A stretch of 64,000 nt of DNA from Fistulifera solaris (Eukaryota), in assembly GCA_030295235.1 (NCBI GenBank), contig AP026125.1, positions 930,001 through 994,000 on the forward strand, written 5' to 3'. Position 1 is the first letter of the stretch; every line of letters starts with the position of its first letter. Below, piece by piece: positions 13,625 through 25,346 of this stretch. Under the pieces are notes generated by a model. The model made no database searches. It saw only the letters and a program-made list of their open reading frames with translations, and was not told where the DNA came from. Position numbers and translations under genes: made by a program.

Positions 13625-14130
13625 ATTCATGACTGAAACCCGGTCGTATCCCGACCTTTTAGGTCATAGTAATTTCTGAAGAAAACTATATTTGCAAGAC
13701 TTTTCGAAGTAAAGAACCGGGGCGTGCAATGAAATTGTGTTCACGGTAACTGGACTTGCTGATAGAATGAAGGGTAATTGATGTAGCACTGTGGCTCGAA
13801 CATCATGCTTCTAGAGGTCTCTGGCCGTTTCTTCTTTTGGTATGCAGTCGTGGAAAAGGTCTCCTTCACTTTCGGACTATAGTAAGTTTAAATACGGAAC
13901 ACAAAGACCGCAAGTAGACAAGTTCTCGAGCTGACTGATGGTTCGCTCATAATTGGATCCGCACCAGATCATCGTCATGTTCCTCGAAAGCAGAGGCCCT
14001 GTAATTACAATGACCGGTGCTGCCGTAGAAGTAGAAGAACCACATTAGTGTGACTCATGACTGACTAAAGTGCAGTCTTGTTAAGTAGAGCCTACACTTA
14101 GATACTATAGTTAATTCCCCATGACAACGA
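13625..14130 (+). repeat. Three copies of a dispersed ~214-bp-period intergenic repeat head
   Basis: Heads at ~13625 (TCATGACTGAAACCCGGTCGT...GGTCATAGTAA), ~13839 (ATGCAGTCGTGG...CACTTTCGGACTATAGTAA) and ~14053 (GACTCATGACTGACTAAAGTGCAGTC...CACTTAGATACTATAGT). Confidence 0.7.
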
Positions 14131-14317
14131 TCCGCATTTTTTATTGCGCTGCACCTGCTCTGACACACATCAGCACATCAGCCGTATTTTTTCTAGCACA
14201 CATCATCGGATCTTCTTCACGAAAAGATCGTCTGCTGCTATCAATAACGATAGAACTTTTAGATCATACTTCAAGTCCCATCCGAACGTAGTTTGTTTTG
14301 AAAGAAGTTTCCCAAGA

Positions 14318-15118
14318 ATGCGCTTTGGATTATTGCTCGGAGTGGTATCTGTTTTACCACGTGCTCTCGGTTTTCGAACCACGCTGCCCGTTGACAGGGC
14401 AACAACACACATGCCTGGCATTAAAAGTGGAAACATGTTATCTCCCTTTCCTGCTCATCGTAGTTCAACGCAAGTAGGCGGTGGTCTTTTGAGTCCCAGA
14501 ATGTCGGCTGTAAGCTCGGAAGAGTGGACGAAACCACGTTTGCACAACACGGCAACGTTTCGCACCATTGCCCTTCTATCGGCACTCCTTGCCGCAGGTT
14601 TTTCGTCCAAATCACCTCTCAAGCTCCTTCCTGCTCAGGTTCTGGGATCGGTTCATACCATTTCCTTTGCCACGTGGTTTGGGACCGTCGCTTATACGAC
14701 CTTTGTCGCCGGTATCACCATGTTCAAGAACCTTCCTCGTCAGACATTCGGCAAGCTGCAGGCCAAGCTATTTCCAAAGTACTTTGCGCTTTCGTCGTTT
14801 ACTTTGGCGCTCCAGCTCATTACCCTCAAAAGTCTCAAAGCTATGACGGGGAAAGCCGCACATTCGTCGGCGAAGGCGTTGGGTGTCGCGTTGTTGATGA
14901 CGTTGATCAATCAGTTCTTTTTGGAGCCCAAATCGACTTCGAATATGATGGAACGTTACGAGTTAGAAGACAAAGGTGAACAAGAAAGTGACCGCTACAA
15001 GACTCTGAAGGCTAATTTTGGGAAGTTTCATGGCATGAGCTCGCTCACGAATCTTATTGGATTGTGCGCTGGCGTGGCCCACGCTGTGTACCTTTCGGCA
15101 ACTCTAGTTGCACCCTAA
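14318..15118 (+). CDS. TMEM205/DUF4149-family membrane protein, probably plastid-targeted
   Basis: WFGT..YTTFVAGITMFKNLPRQTFGKLQAKLFPKYF and FGKFHGMSSLTNL; signal peptide ending ALG-F. Confidence 0.85.
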   Translation: MRFGLLLGVVSVLPRALGFRTTLPVDRATTHMPGIKSGNMLSPFPAHRSSTQVGGGLLSPRMSAVSSEEWTKPRLHNTATFRTIALLSALLAAGFSSKSPLKLLPAQVLGSVHTISFATWFGTVAYTTFVAGITMFKNLPRQTFGKLQAKLFPKYFALSSFTLALQLITLKSLKAMTGKAAHSSAKALGVALLMTLINQFFLEPKSTSNMMERYELEDKGEQESDRYKTLKANFGKFHGMSSLTNLIGLCAGVAHAVYLSATLVAP

Positions 15119-15190
15119 TGAATTGAACAAGCAAATTAGCGACACATTTATAGTTGAAATTAGGCCCGTGAAAAAGTTTTTTGTTTTCAG

Positions 15191-16000
15191 CTAGTACATC
15201 CCGCCGTTTCCCATTCTCCACGGCGGCCAATAAACAAAGACAGCACGACCGATGACGTTCTTCGTAGGAAGAAAGCCCCAAATATGACCATCCAAGCTGT
15301 GATTTCTGTTGTCTCCGAGAACAAGAACGTTGTCCTTGGGCACAACGACGGGACCAAATTGATATTCCGCATCTTCAGCCGTGAATGGTTCGTCTTGCAT
15401 GACATCATTGACGTAGAGCTTTCCTTGCCGAACTTCGACTTTATCTCCTTCAATAGCGACGATTCGTTTAATGAGAGCCTCCCGACCCTTCTTTTTATCA
15501 CCATATTGTTCCACAATATCTTTGAAAGTTTGCGGTGGATTGAAAACGACCACTTCGTTTCGGTAGAGTGGCTTGATACGTTTTGTTACTTTCTCCACCG
15601 CCAGCTGATCTCCCACGTCAAATGTGGGATACATCGAAAGACTGGGAATGAATCGAGGTTCTATAATTGTGAATCGAAGCAATAAGGCGATGAAAAGACT
15701 GACGAAGTAAGTCTTGACGTCTTCTCTGCCTTCGTCAGACCGTATCCATCTTCTCAAGGACCCAATAATGCCCTCTTCATCGTTTCGATTTGGCTTTCGA
15801 TCAATTTCATCACTTCCGTCGTTTCTCTCAGAAAATAGAATAACAGATTTCCGTGTTTTTGTTTGATGATAAGGTTGCAAGAAACGAGATGCTTCTTTCA
15901 AGGATGTGATCCTGTGAGATACTGTCGGGTTGAAGCTAGCCGATGAACTAATCAGACCGAGAACGGATATGACTCGAACATACATGCCTAGCATTAGCAT
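15191..16000 (-). CDS. Signal peptidase I (thylakoidal processing peptidase type)
   Basis: EPRFIPSLSMYPT (catalytic Ser), ALIKRIVA (catalytic Lys), VLGDNRNHSLDGHIWG; bipartite presequence SAS-F. Confidence 0.92.
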   Translation of the reverse strand: MLMLGMYVRVISVLGLISSSASFNPTVSHRITSLKEASRFLQPYHQTKTRKSVILFSERNDGSDEIDRKPNRNDEEGIIGSLRRWIRSDEGREDVKTYFVSLFIALLLRFTIIEPRFIPSLSMYPTFDVGDQLAVEKVTKRIKPLYRNEVVVFNPPQTFKDIVEQYGDKKKGREALIKRIVAIEGDKVEVRQGKLYVNDVMQDEPFTAEDAEYQFGPVVVPKDNVLVLGDNRNHSLDGHIWGFLPTKNVIGRAVFVYWPPWRMGNGGMY

Positions 16001-16431
16001 TTTCCTTTCGAATACCCGAATCTCCGGTTTTTAGATGACTGTGATCGATGCCGCTATCGCTGTGTCTCGTCGCTATAGTCCTTTGTGGTTGTGGCGCTGG
16101 TATTGGCGTAAGATCCGTTTATTTTCATCGTCAATGAAATCCTGCGTCGTTTGCGCTCGTCGTGCTGCAGCAAATAAGTGCAGACGTCACAAACTGAAAG
16201 TAAGAGTACCGGTAAGATATACTACGTACTAGCTATCGAGTACGGAGTATGTGTCAAGCTTATTATCGTGGATGTAAATGCACGAAGCTAGTCGTCGCCG
16301 TAGATTTTTTTTTTAAAATTGAGGAAGTTAATTAGGTGAGCTCTAATAATATTTTTGAGAATTAAGGAAACTTTAGCTTACAAGTGACTCGATAAGAGTA
16401 CATGCTGAATACGACATTGCATAAGCTTCAT

Positions 16432-18033
16432 TTAATCTGAGTCACTTCCCGACTCTGAAGCGCTTTTCGACTCCGAAGCGTCGCTAGCTTCCGTGTGATC
16501 TTCGACGCTGGGATTTCCTTGAATGTTGTCCTTAGAGCCGTCCATCTCAGACTCGATCGCTTCAGAGCCAGAGAAAAGGTTGACGATAGCTACTCGGTTC
16601 TTCACACCTTTCATTCGATCCCATCTGCCGCACCGATGTTCTTGCCCCATAGCAGCGACAAGAAATCGTGCCTTAGGACCGAAACGAATAGCATTGATGT
16701 AACCTCTCACCGGAATCGCAACAAGGAGCTCCATTCCACGTTCCTCTAACGTCTTTCCAGTTCTTACTTTCCAAAGTCTAATAAAGCCGTCCTTAGAACC
16801 ACTGGCCGCCAAATCGCTTTCTTTTAAAGCGGACACGCTGACTATTGGGTTTCCCGTTCCGTGAGCATCGGCGATGGTAGACACGGCGCGTTTCTTATCT
16901 GTATTCCACAGACACAAATGTCCATCTTCGTGGCCTGTAAGGAACCAATCGTCTTTAATCAGAGAAATACAATCAGCGGACTGTATTTTGCTACCACCTC
17001 GGAAAATAAGATGCGAATCTTCAGCCAATTTCCAGGCTCGTGCAGTGCGGTCGCGACCGACCGAGATGGGCCGTTCTTTGCGATGACAATCGATGCCGCT
17101 GACAGCAAACTGGTGTCCGTACAAAGTCTCCATGTATAGCATATCGTCCAAGCTATAATGTCGAATACAACGGTCTTCAGATGACGAAAACAGGCGATGC
17201 GAATAGCTCTGAAAGGCCAAGCATGATATAGGACCTTTGTGTCCTTCGAACGTCTTTACGATCACAGTTGGAGTGTTCGATTTCAAATCAAATACAGTCA
17301 CTTTGCTATCCCTCTTTCCGACAACGGCATAACGACCATCATCTGACATTGATACAGCAAGTACTTCGCCACCGTTTCGAGATCCTTTATTCCCATCTTT
17401 TTTGTTCTGTTTCCAATGGCGGTAAAGATTGTAGAGACGGGAACCTGTTTCCACATCCCAAACAATGACCGAATTGTCTTTTGACCCTGACACTGCTAGC
17501 TTTCCAGACGCATCTACGGCTACACTGGTGGGACTGAGATCGTGCCCGTGCAATAATCTGATATTTCCTGACTGGATCCATAAATTTGCTGCTTCGTGGC
17601 TCGGTAGAATTGTTAATTGGTCCTGCAACATAGCCGTCTGTAGTGCTTCCACATGCTTTCCCACTTTATCCGCGAGTATTCTTTCTAATGTTCCTTCTCT
17701 TTTCAAGCGCTCACGCTGTAACTTGCGAGAAATGTGATCTTGATCATCCTCACTTTCTTCATCCGACGCGGCCGAAGAAGCGGAGTCGGAAGCCTCTTCC
17801 AACTTGTCAAGATATTCGCGAGCTAACCTCACGCGTTTAACATCAAGAGCTTCTTCCTCTTCGGCCTCTGATTCCTCTTCTTGTAGGCGAGGCTCTCTTC
17901 CTTCATTTTCACTTTCATCATCCGAAGAAGCGATGTGTTCGTCTGTGTTTTCTTTCCAAGCTAAATCGAGGGTGGTGCGTGCTTTCTTTTGTGACGCTTG
18001 CGGCGCTTTCTGTTTTCTCCTTTGTTTCACCAT
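16432..18033 (-). CDS. RRP9: U3 snoRNP WD40 protein (U3-55K/RRP9)
   Basis: RVRLAREYL, WD40 repeats, YMETLYGHQ, GQEHRCGRW; likely start MVKQRR. Confidence 0.9.
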   Translation of the reverse strand: MVKQRRKQKAPQASQKKARTTLDLAWKENTDEHIASSDDESENEGREPRLQEEESEAEEEEALDVKRVRLAREYLDKLEEASDSASSAASDEESEDDQDHISRKLQRERLKREGTLERILADKVGKHVEALQTAMLQDQLTILPSHEAANLWIQSGNIRLLHGHDLSPTSVAVDASGKLAVSGSKDNSVIVWDVETGSRLYNLYRHWKQNKKDGNKGSRNGGEVLAVSMSDDGRYAVVGKRDSKVTVFDLKSNTPTVIVKTFEGHKGPISCLAFQSYSHRLFSSSEDRCIRHYSLDDMLYMETLYGHQFAVSGIDCHRKERPISVGRDRTARAWKLAEDSHLIFRGGSKIQSADCISLIKDDWFLTGHEDGHLCLWNTDKKRAVSTIADAHGTGNPIVSVSALKESDLAASGSKDGFIRLWKVRTGKTLEERGMELLVAIPVRGYINAIRFGPKARFLVAAMGQEHRCGRWDRMKGVKNRVAIVNLFSGSEAIESEMDGSKDNIQGNPSVEDHTEASDASESKSASESGSDSD

Positions 18034-18564
18034 ACTCTGCTTGTGTATCCTAACGAAAAGAATGGGGCGCTCGACTTTTGTGCTAACGATTGACAGCAGA
18101 GCGAGATGGATGTAAACGAAATGCAAGAAAAATTTGATCTGCATCGTTCTTGGTCTTCGAATGTTCCGGTCTGTCCGTCTCCACTCGAAAGGACGGAGCC
18201 TGCTTCCGACTGACGAAGGACCGACGCACGTCTACAGAAGAAAGAATTATTGAAGTCTCGCTCATGTTTGTTTACACTTTGGTTGTACATAGTGCGGAAT
18301 AGTATAAGACTTTGAAGTAGTGTCCCATTTATTGGTTTTCGTTGAGATTGTACCGCTACGACGTTTCTTCGTTGCGGAAAATGCTTCATTGAAGTGAAAT
18401 CAGAAAACGGCGGACACGAGAATTGCACGAGACACACGGTTTCGAAGTGAGAAAGTGTGCATCGACAGCTTCTTCCGTCAACCTTGCAGAATATCCTTTC
18501 GTCTTTGGTCTTTTGCGCTTGATTGACAGATATAATCATTAGTAGAGTTAGATAGCTTCTAGAT

Positions 18565-21243
18565 ATGCACTGTCACATGACGAAGCGACCGAGGAGACGG
18601 CGACTGTGCTTAATGATCGGCTTTACAGCTTTCTCGGAAATATCTTCTTTCTCACTGCCACGGTCACGAGGCGTCATTATGTACGGATCGCCAAAGATCG
18701 CTACTTACGAAGCTTTTCAGCAGCGCAGAAGCTTAGGTTCGAATTTCGGCCGTTTGTGGTCACGCTATTCCGACGCGGAAGATCTCGAAGAGACTCTCAA
18801 GCAGGCGTACAAAGACACAAAACCCAAATTTACTACTATGCGAGAGTCGTCCACCCAACCCCATGCAGAACGGATTAAGTGGCTAAGACAGGCGACTCAC
18901 AATCTAATAGCTTCTGAGTGCGGTACGCTTGTGATGGGCAAATGGCACGAAGTTATCAGTATCTTGAAGGGATGGTCAGAGTTTGAAACGAAAATTGAGG
19001 CTCCTATTCAAATGGAAAAACTGCTCAGACGACTTGTCGAGGAACGATCTGTGAATAAAGAAGTCCATCTGGACATTCAATTATATAACTTGGTAATAGA
19101 TGCCTGGGCTTCTGCGGCATTAACCCATTCAAACGGATTGTCGGCGAGTCAGAGAGCTCGTGAACTTTTGGTGACGTTACAGGAAACTTACGAAGCATCG
19201 AACGATGAGGCCATGAAACCGAATTCTCGATCCTTTCAATCTGTCCTACACGCCGTATGTAAGACAGAAAGTATTGTTCATGTTTGTCGTTTACTATCAT
19301 GGATGGTCTATCTTGACAAGAGCAGGAAAAACGCTGCGGCGAGACCCCGACGAGTTGATTTTATCAAGATTCTTGAAGCGTGCGCTGATAGTGGAGAGAA
19401 AAACGCCGGTGCAATGGTAGAAGGATGTATGCGACAGATGAAATTCGCCGCGAATATCGAACCCGACACACTTTGCTACAATATTGCGATCAAAGCATAC
19501 GTAAAATCCAATCGCGGTCGTGAGGCAGCCGAACACGCGCATCGCATCCTTGACACTATGAGTGCACCCCCTGATTTGTTTACGTACTCTACTGTCATTG
19601 CTGCTTGGGCAGCTTCAGGAATGAAATCCCATGCAGTCTCAAGAGCGGAAGAGATACTGCGGATGATTGAAGATCACCCTGAGCTCGAAGCGAACACTGT
19701 GGCGTTAAATTCTTTGATGTCGGCTTGGGTCAAATCGCGAAATCCGGCCGCTATCCAACGCACACACGAGATTGTGAGACAAATGGAGCTTTCTGAATCG
19801 GCCCCTCCTGACTTGTTTTCATACAACACTTTAATACACGCGTTATCGATGCATTCGGCGAAGAACTCATCTTATGCGCATCGTGCTTATGATGTGCTTT
19901 TAAAAATGGAAAAATTACACGAAGCGGGTCGTCCTGATCTTGCTCCGAATTCTTTTACATACAATCTTGTGATTGAAGCATTTGCTCGTTCGAGATCGAG
20001 CAATGCGGCCGCACTAGCTGCCGAAGTTCTCCGTAAACTGGTCAAGAGCAAACACACCGAACCCGATACATATTCATTTAGCCAAGTTCTGCTGGCTCTT
20101 TCAAAAAGCTCTATGCCGGGAGCCGCGGATACTGCCGAAAAGCTTTTTATGTATATGCAAAAGTCATATTCGACAAGCGTGCACCCTTACGCCAAGCCCG
20201 ATGCTTTTTGTTTATCGGCGGTCATCGCCGCTCATGCACGAAGCGGAGAAAAGGGGGCAGCGTTTCGAGCAGAAATGTTAATGCAACAAGTGGAAAATGA
20301 GTATGAAAACGGATTGACAGACTTGAAGCCAACTCGCGTTTGCTACAATGCGTTGATCGATTGCTGGAGCAAAAGCAACGAGGGGACCCTAGCTGCGCGC
20401 AAGGCTGAAAATGTTCTACAACTCATGAGAAAGAAGTTTTTGGATGGCGATGAATCCGTTGCCCCAAACTTGATAACATACAATGCAGTTTTGAACGCAT
20501 GGGCTAGGTCAGGAACGCGGTGTTGTGCTCGGAAAGCGCAAGAGTATCTCGATCAAATGTGGGAACTTTACAATGCTGGAGATGGGACCGTCAAGCCCAA
20601 TGATCTGAGCTACAATACGGTGAGTTTTTTTCTCATAATGTATATGCATATGAACTTGTCCGAAAGGCTGATGCTTTTGCTTCGTAAACAGGTCATAAAT
20701 GCTATATCAAAGAGTAAAGACGAGCAAAAGGCTCAAAAGGCTTTAAGACTACTGAGACGAATGGACAAATTGTACCAGGCAGGCAACAAAGAGGCAAGAC
20801 CAAACGAAGTGACCTACACGGCTGTGTTGAATTCGTGTGCATTCCCGTCTGTTTTAGATCCGAAGGCAAGAAGAAGGGTGCTGGATGGCGCCATCTTCAC
20901 ATTGGAGGAACTACAACGTTCCAGGTACGGGCACCCGAATCAAATTACTTATGGCACTTTCATCAAAGCCTGTGCAAACTTGCTACCCGATGATGAAGAT
21001 CTACGTAGAGTAGTTTTAAAACAGGCTTTTGAGCAGTGCTGCAAAGACGGTCAAGTGGGGGAAATGGTTTTGACTCATCTTCGCAAGGCTGCTCCTCCTG
21101 ATCTCTATCGGGAACTTCTCGCCGTTGCTGGTGTGGAAGCCAAAGCAATTTCCGTACAAGATTTACCACATAAGTGGCGATGTAATCTTCCATCTGAAAA
21201 AAAGAGAAAGGCTTGGTCTCGGTCTTCTCGTCAAGACGTTTAG
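18565..21243 (+). CDS. Pentatricopeptide-repeat (PPR) protein, organelle-targeted
   Basis: Repeated P(D/N)..(T/S)YN.(V/L)I.AWA.SG units; in-frame intron 20620-20691; signal peptide ending ISS-F. Confidence 0.92.
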   Translation: MHCHMTKRPRRRRLCLMIGFTAFSEISSFSLPRSRGVIMYGSPKIATYEAFQQRRSLGSNFGRLWSRYSDAEDLEETLKQAYKDTKPKFTTMRESSTQPHAERIKWLRQATHNLIASECGTLVMGKWHEVISILKGWSEFETKIEAPIQMEKLLRRLVEERSVNKEVHLDIQLYNLVIDAWASAALTHSNGLSASQRARELLVTLQETYEASNDEAMKPNSRSFQSVLHAVCKTESIVHVCRLLSWMVYLDKSRKNAAARPRRVDFIKILEACADSGEKNAGAMVEGCMRQMKFAANIEPDTLCYNIAIKAYVKSNRGREAAEHAHRILDTMSAPPDLFTYSTVIAAWAASGMKSHAVSRAEEILRMIEDHPELEANTVALNSLMSAWVKSRNPAAIQRTHEIVRQMELSESAPPDLFSYNTLIHALSMHSAKNSSYAHRAYDVLLKMEKLHEAGRPDLAPNSFTYNLVIEAFARSRSSNAAALAAEVLRKLVKSKHTEPDTYSFSQVLLALSKSSMPGAADTAEKLFMYMQKSYSTSVHPYAKPDAFCLSAVIAAHARSGEKGAAFRAEMLMQQVENEYENGLTDLKPTRVCYNALIDCWSKSNEGTLAARKAENVLQLMRKKFLDGDESVAPNLITYNAVLNAWARSGTRCCARKAQEYLDQMWELYNAGDGTVKPNDLSYNTVSFFLIMYMHMNLSERLMLLLRKQVINAISKSKDEQKAQKALRLLRRMDKLYQAGNKEARPNEVTYTAVLNSCAFPSVLDPKARRRVLDGAIFTLEELQRSRYGHPNQITYGTFIKACANLLPDDEDLRRVVLKQAFEQCCKDGQVGEMVLTHLRKAAPPDLYRELLAVAGVEAKAISVQDLPHKWRCNLPSEKKRKAWSRSSRQDV

Positions 21244-21347
21244 CACATTTGATAAATCAAATTTTCCGTCGAAACCAGCACTTCATAACAACCGAATAAT
21301 AGTGATAGCTTATTAGCACTTTAAAGTTGCATTAATTTTAAATGTTT

Positions 21348-23181
21348 TTAGCCTCCAAACAAATCAAAATCAAGATCGTCGAACCCGTCCAGCGCGGGAA
21401 GGGCATCATCAAATGTCAAATCGTCAAGGTTTCCGAATGCGTCAGAATCCAACATGGCCGCTGCTGCAGACTGAACTACAGTGCTGTGAGGAGCATCATT
21501 ATGTCCTCCCTTCTTCTTGTTTGTGGCTGATGGTGGATTCGAAGCAGCAAACTCTCGTGGGATGATCGTAACAAAACGAGCCGGAATGTGACACTTGGGA
21601 ATCATCCCCGTTGAATCGGGTTCGTCTCCATCAAATTCCACAACAATTATATCATCGTCATCACGGCAGTAAGTAGAGTTATCAACAACTGTCGCTGGAT
21701 ACAAAGACGTGGTCTGTGGATACATAGCATAAACTCGAGATCCTTTTTTAACTCTTTGTCCCCAATCAGCTGCTTCTGAAAAATTCCTCGGTAAAGGTAA
21801 CACTAATTTCCTGTCTACCATAACGGAGCTCCCGTCATTCTTTTGTTCCACGTCTTTTATCAGAACCTTTTCTCGAAATAGATTGTCTTTCTTGGATTCT
21901 GATAACGAAAGAAAATCATCGGGGGACATTGGAAAGCCTGGGTAGTTCCTAAGAACCTTTGCTAAAATCCATAACTCTCTACTCGTAGGACGAGCAGCAA
22001 CCAAATCACCCTCACGTAGAGCGCGGTATCGTAGAATGTGCGAAACGCGATGCAGTAACTCTTTCTTTGGATATCGCTTCTTTCCCGTCTCATCAAACTC
22101 CGATAGCTTAGGCGCCGGTTCACTATTCGGAGGTAATTTCTTTTTCTGAGTTTTCTTAGAGATGAACCATGTGGGTATGATGGAGGGACCTCATTAGTGC
22201 GAGGAGCATTTGCTGCCTTTGACTGCATAGGCGATGAAGGAGGCAGCTGCTGGCCATTACTATGAATTGTCGATGCTGACATCTGCCCTGAGACCGCCAT
22301 GTTGTGAGACATGGACAAAGGCATTGTCGGGGCAACCCCGACAGCCAGCATCTTTCCATTTCTTAGATCAGGTAACTCCTTTCCAAGGGGAGGAGGAGGA
22401 ACAAAAGAGGGTTGATATCACTTATAATGTTGCGTATTGTCTCGTGCATAAACTCGCAAAATTCCAAGCCGCTTTCCAGTTCAGTTTTTAGCTTCTTGGC
22501 CGTTCTGGCGTTCATTATTTCCTTCTTCAAGTTCTCTTCGGCTGTGAGTGAAATAGCATCCGCGTCCCGTTTTCCGGACGCTTCATCTGTTGCCTGTTCG
22601 TCTGGTTGCTTTGCTCGTGTCGACGCAGTTTGACGGGCTCTTTGTTTCTTCACGCGCTGTACTGTGGCTGTAGAACGCAAAAACCCGTTCAGTGCTTGTC
22701 CACCAAATATCTGACGGGCTGCCCACATTGTTTTGTCCACCCAATCGCAATCGTTGAGCAGCTTTCGAACTTCTTCGATGGGTAAGGCCGGTGTTGGAGT
22801 AGACACTGTATGAGAAGTCGCTTTCGACGGGCCTACCGATTTACCCGGCAAAGCGGCTGTAGACCCTTTCACCGGTTTTGCTGCCTGTGAAGGAAGCGGT
22901 GCGGACATGTTGTTTGGGACCTGATTATTGTTTGTATTGATAGAATAATTGATTGCAGAATTGGGTAGAGACGTTGAAACATTTTGCATCTGAGGGGGTT
23001 GCATTTGATTCTGTATTCGCATCTGCTGCTGCATCTGCATCTGATTGTATCCTTGTTGCATTTGAAATTGTTGCTGCTGTTGAATATGACCAGATGCAGA
23101 AGGAAATGCCGTCATTTGTGAATGATTTGGAAGGCCGCCATTTGACGCGGAGCTACCTGTAGATCTTCCGCTGTAATCCAT
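21348..23181 (-). CDS. SGF29: SGF29-like SAGA subunit (C-terminal tandem Tudor) with Q/N-rich N-terminus
   Basis: VAAR...LWILAKV, GSRVYAMYPQTTSLYPATVV, VEFDGDE...IPARFV; ORFs 22363-23202, 21962-22351 and 21348-22004 joined by indels. Confidence 0.78.
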
Positions 23182-23626
23182 ATTTCCCTTTCCTCCTTTC
23201 ACCGATCCCAGGAATACTATCGGTTCGTTTTGAATAAGGAGCGCTTTTAGACAACTAGTTGTAATTAATAATAGATGTGATGAATGTTTCGACTTTGAAT
23301 AAAAACAAGGATCATCGGGCTATCATCGTTTCGCGAGCACTTTTTCAAGTGTCTCTCTCGTGTCTTTGCGGTGAAACAAACTACTTCTGGAGTATATACT
23401 GCATAATCTATTTAGGAACTCGTGACTCGTGACTCCCTGCCGGTTCGGTCACAGAAATAATGAAGCAGCCAAACTACTGCTCCCAAAATTTAATACCTAA
23501 CATAACAATACATTAGCATCTAATCCTTGCTTCGAACCACTAGCTACAAAACAACAGAAGGAGATAAAATAAGCAAATCTTAAGAAAAATTTTCGATTGT
23601 TTGAGAAAGAGCAAAAAATTGGTCTC

Positions 23627-24941
23627 TCAAGAATCCTCTTGCGTGTCCAAATTGGTTATACACCAGAGATCGGCCGTTTTTCGTTCTTCCACTCCACATC
23701 CTCCCAAACGAACGGACAAATTATGTGTATTCACTAGAAGGTATCCACCGGCTCCCCATCCTACTGACGTACATAGTAGGCGAGACTTGCCCCAATCCGA
23801 ATCTGCTTCCCACTCTTCTCTTCGACCAAAGTCGTAAGCCGAGCAACTAATTCCTCCGAGCATGCTCTGACCCAGCCATCTTCCCGATTCCTTGTTTTTG
23901 AGACCAAAAATTTCTCCCTGTCTTTTCCACAAAGAAAACACGCCGGTCGATTCATGAAAGGTGGTTTGCAACACCAAATTCCCTTCATGAACCGACAAAT
24001 AGCGCCCGACTCAAGGTGTCGAATAGAAACATGACAAGCGAAGGTTGGTTTGACGGGTGTCCACGATTTGTTTTGAATCAGCCGATCCGCGCGTCTCGTC
24101 ACCATTCTTGATTTCTCCGTAATGTGGTCCGCTTTCTCGTCCAGCGAATCGATCGTTTGCGCTTGCTGACCAATCGCCGATGCTAGTGTATGAGAAATCA
24201 TGCCGATTTCACCGAGACTCTTTGATATCATATCCAGATGATTCTCTTGTAATTGTAAGTGCGCATCGGTGGCAGAGGATGTCGAACTGTTGCTGTGCCC
24301 TTTCAAAAGTTCTGCTCGATTCTTTTCGAAAGATATCTTTTGTTGCCGCATAGATTGATTCAATGACTGCTCTTTTCATGAAGAATTGTCAAGTGAGAAC
24401 GGAACTCTGTCACGTATGCTTCAACGGATGCACGATTCTTTTCTAACTCATCCAATTGCGTCATCGCCGAACTGTACATACTCTGGCAAATCAAAAGCAA
24501 GGTTTCCCGCTGTTCGTCTGTTTCGCATGCTTCTAGAACTTTCACATTGGCGTGATAATTCTGAATCGCTTGAGCTGCTGCTCGACAACTGTCAGGGACG
24601 TTCTCGTACACCAGAGGAGGAGCGATCGGTGTCGAACGCGTGACAGCTGGGGGCGGCCCAATATCTTTGGTAAATTTATTCGCCAGCCATCCACTCCAGG
24701 TCATGCCACGCAGTATCCGTCCCGCCTTATCTAATCTGTATTGCGTTTCATCAGCGATGGACTCGGCTCGGTCGAGTTGCTCCCCCTGCTGATGCACCTG
24801 TTCCAAAGTCGCTCGACCAATGTGCAATGTTTCGACGGCGGCTCTTTGCGCATTCTGGCAGTCTTCTTCGAAACTGAGATCGTGTGAAAATTGTTGACCA
24901 GGACGCTCCTGTTGAGGAGTATTCGACATGATAATGTGCAT
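23627..24941 (-). CDS. SNAP-25-like Qbc-SNARE with C-terminal beta-trefoil-like domain
   Basis: SNARE motif 1 (IGRATLEQVHQQGEQLDRAE..LRGMT), SNARE motif 2 (HLDMISKSLGEI..IGQQAQTIDSLDEK), then repeats IRHLESG and LKNKESGRWL; two indels (~24360, ~24003). Confidence 0.72.
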
Positions 24942-25346
24942 CAGAACGACTTTTACTATTGCTGCTGAAAGAAAACAGAACGAATGAAATATTGTCGTGT
25001 CGTAGTCGTAATAAAATGGAGGGAGAAAATCACCAAGAGAATCGTCAGTACATTTTCTACGTGTGTCCTATCACGACTCACTTTCTATGTTCGCGGTCCA
25101 GTCGTGTTTACAGCCCGTCTCCCAAGACTGGATAACTAGGGCTAAATAGCAATGAGTATAGCTTATAAGTCATTGCTGTGCGAAAACTTTCCAAGACCAC
25201 GTATTTGTGCGGCTCGTAAAGTTCATGATGTTTGGTGTGTGATGCGTCCCGAATCCTCGATTCAATAGTTAACGTTGTAGGCCGGATTGCTATCGAATCA
25301 TGAAGTAACTTTATGATCAATGAATTGAGTTAGTTAGCCTATAAAC

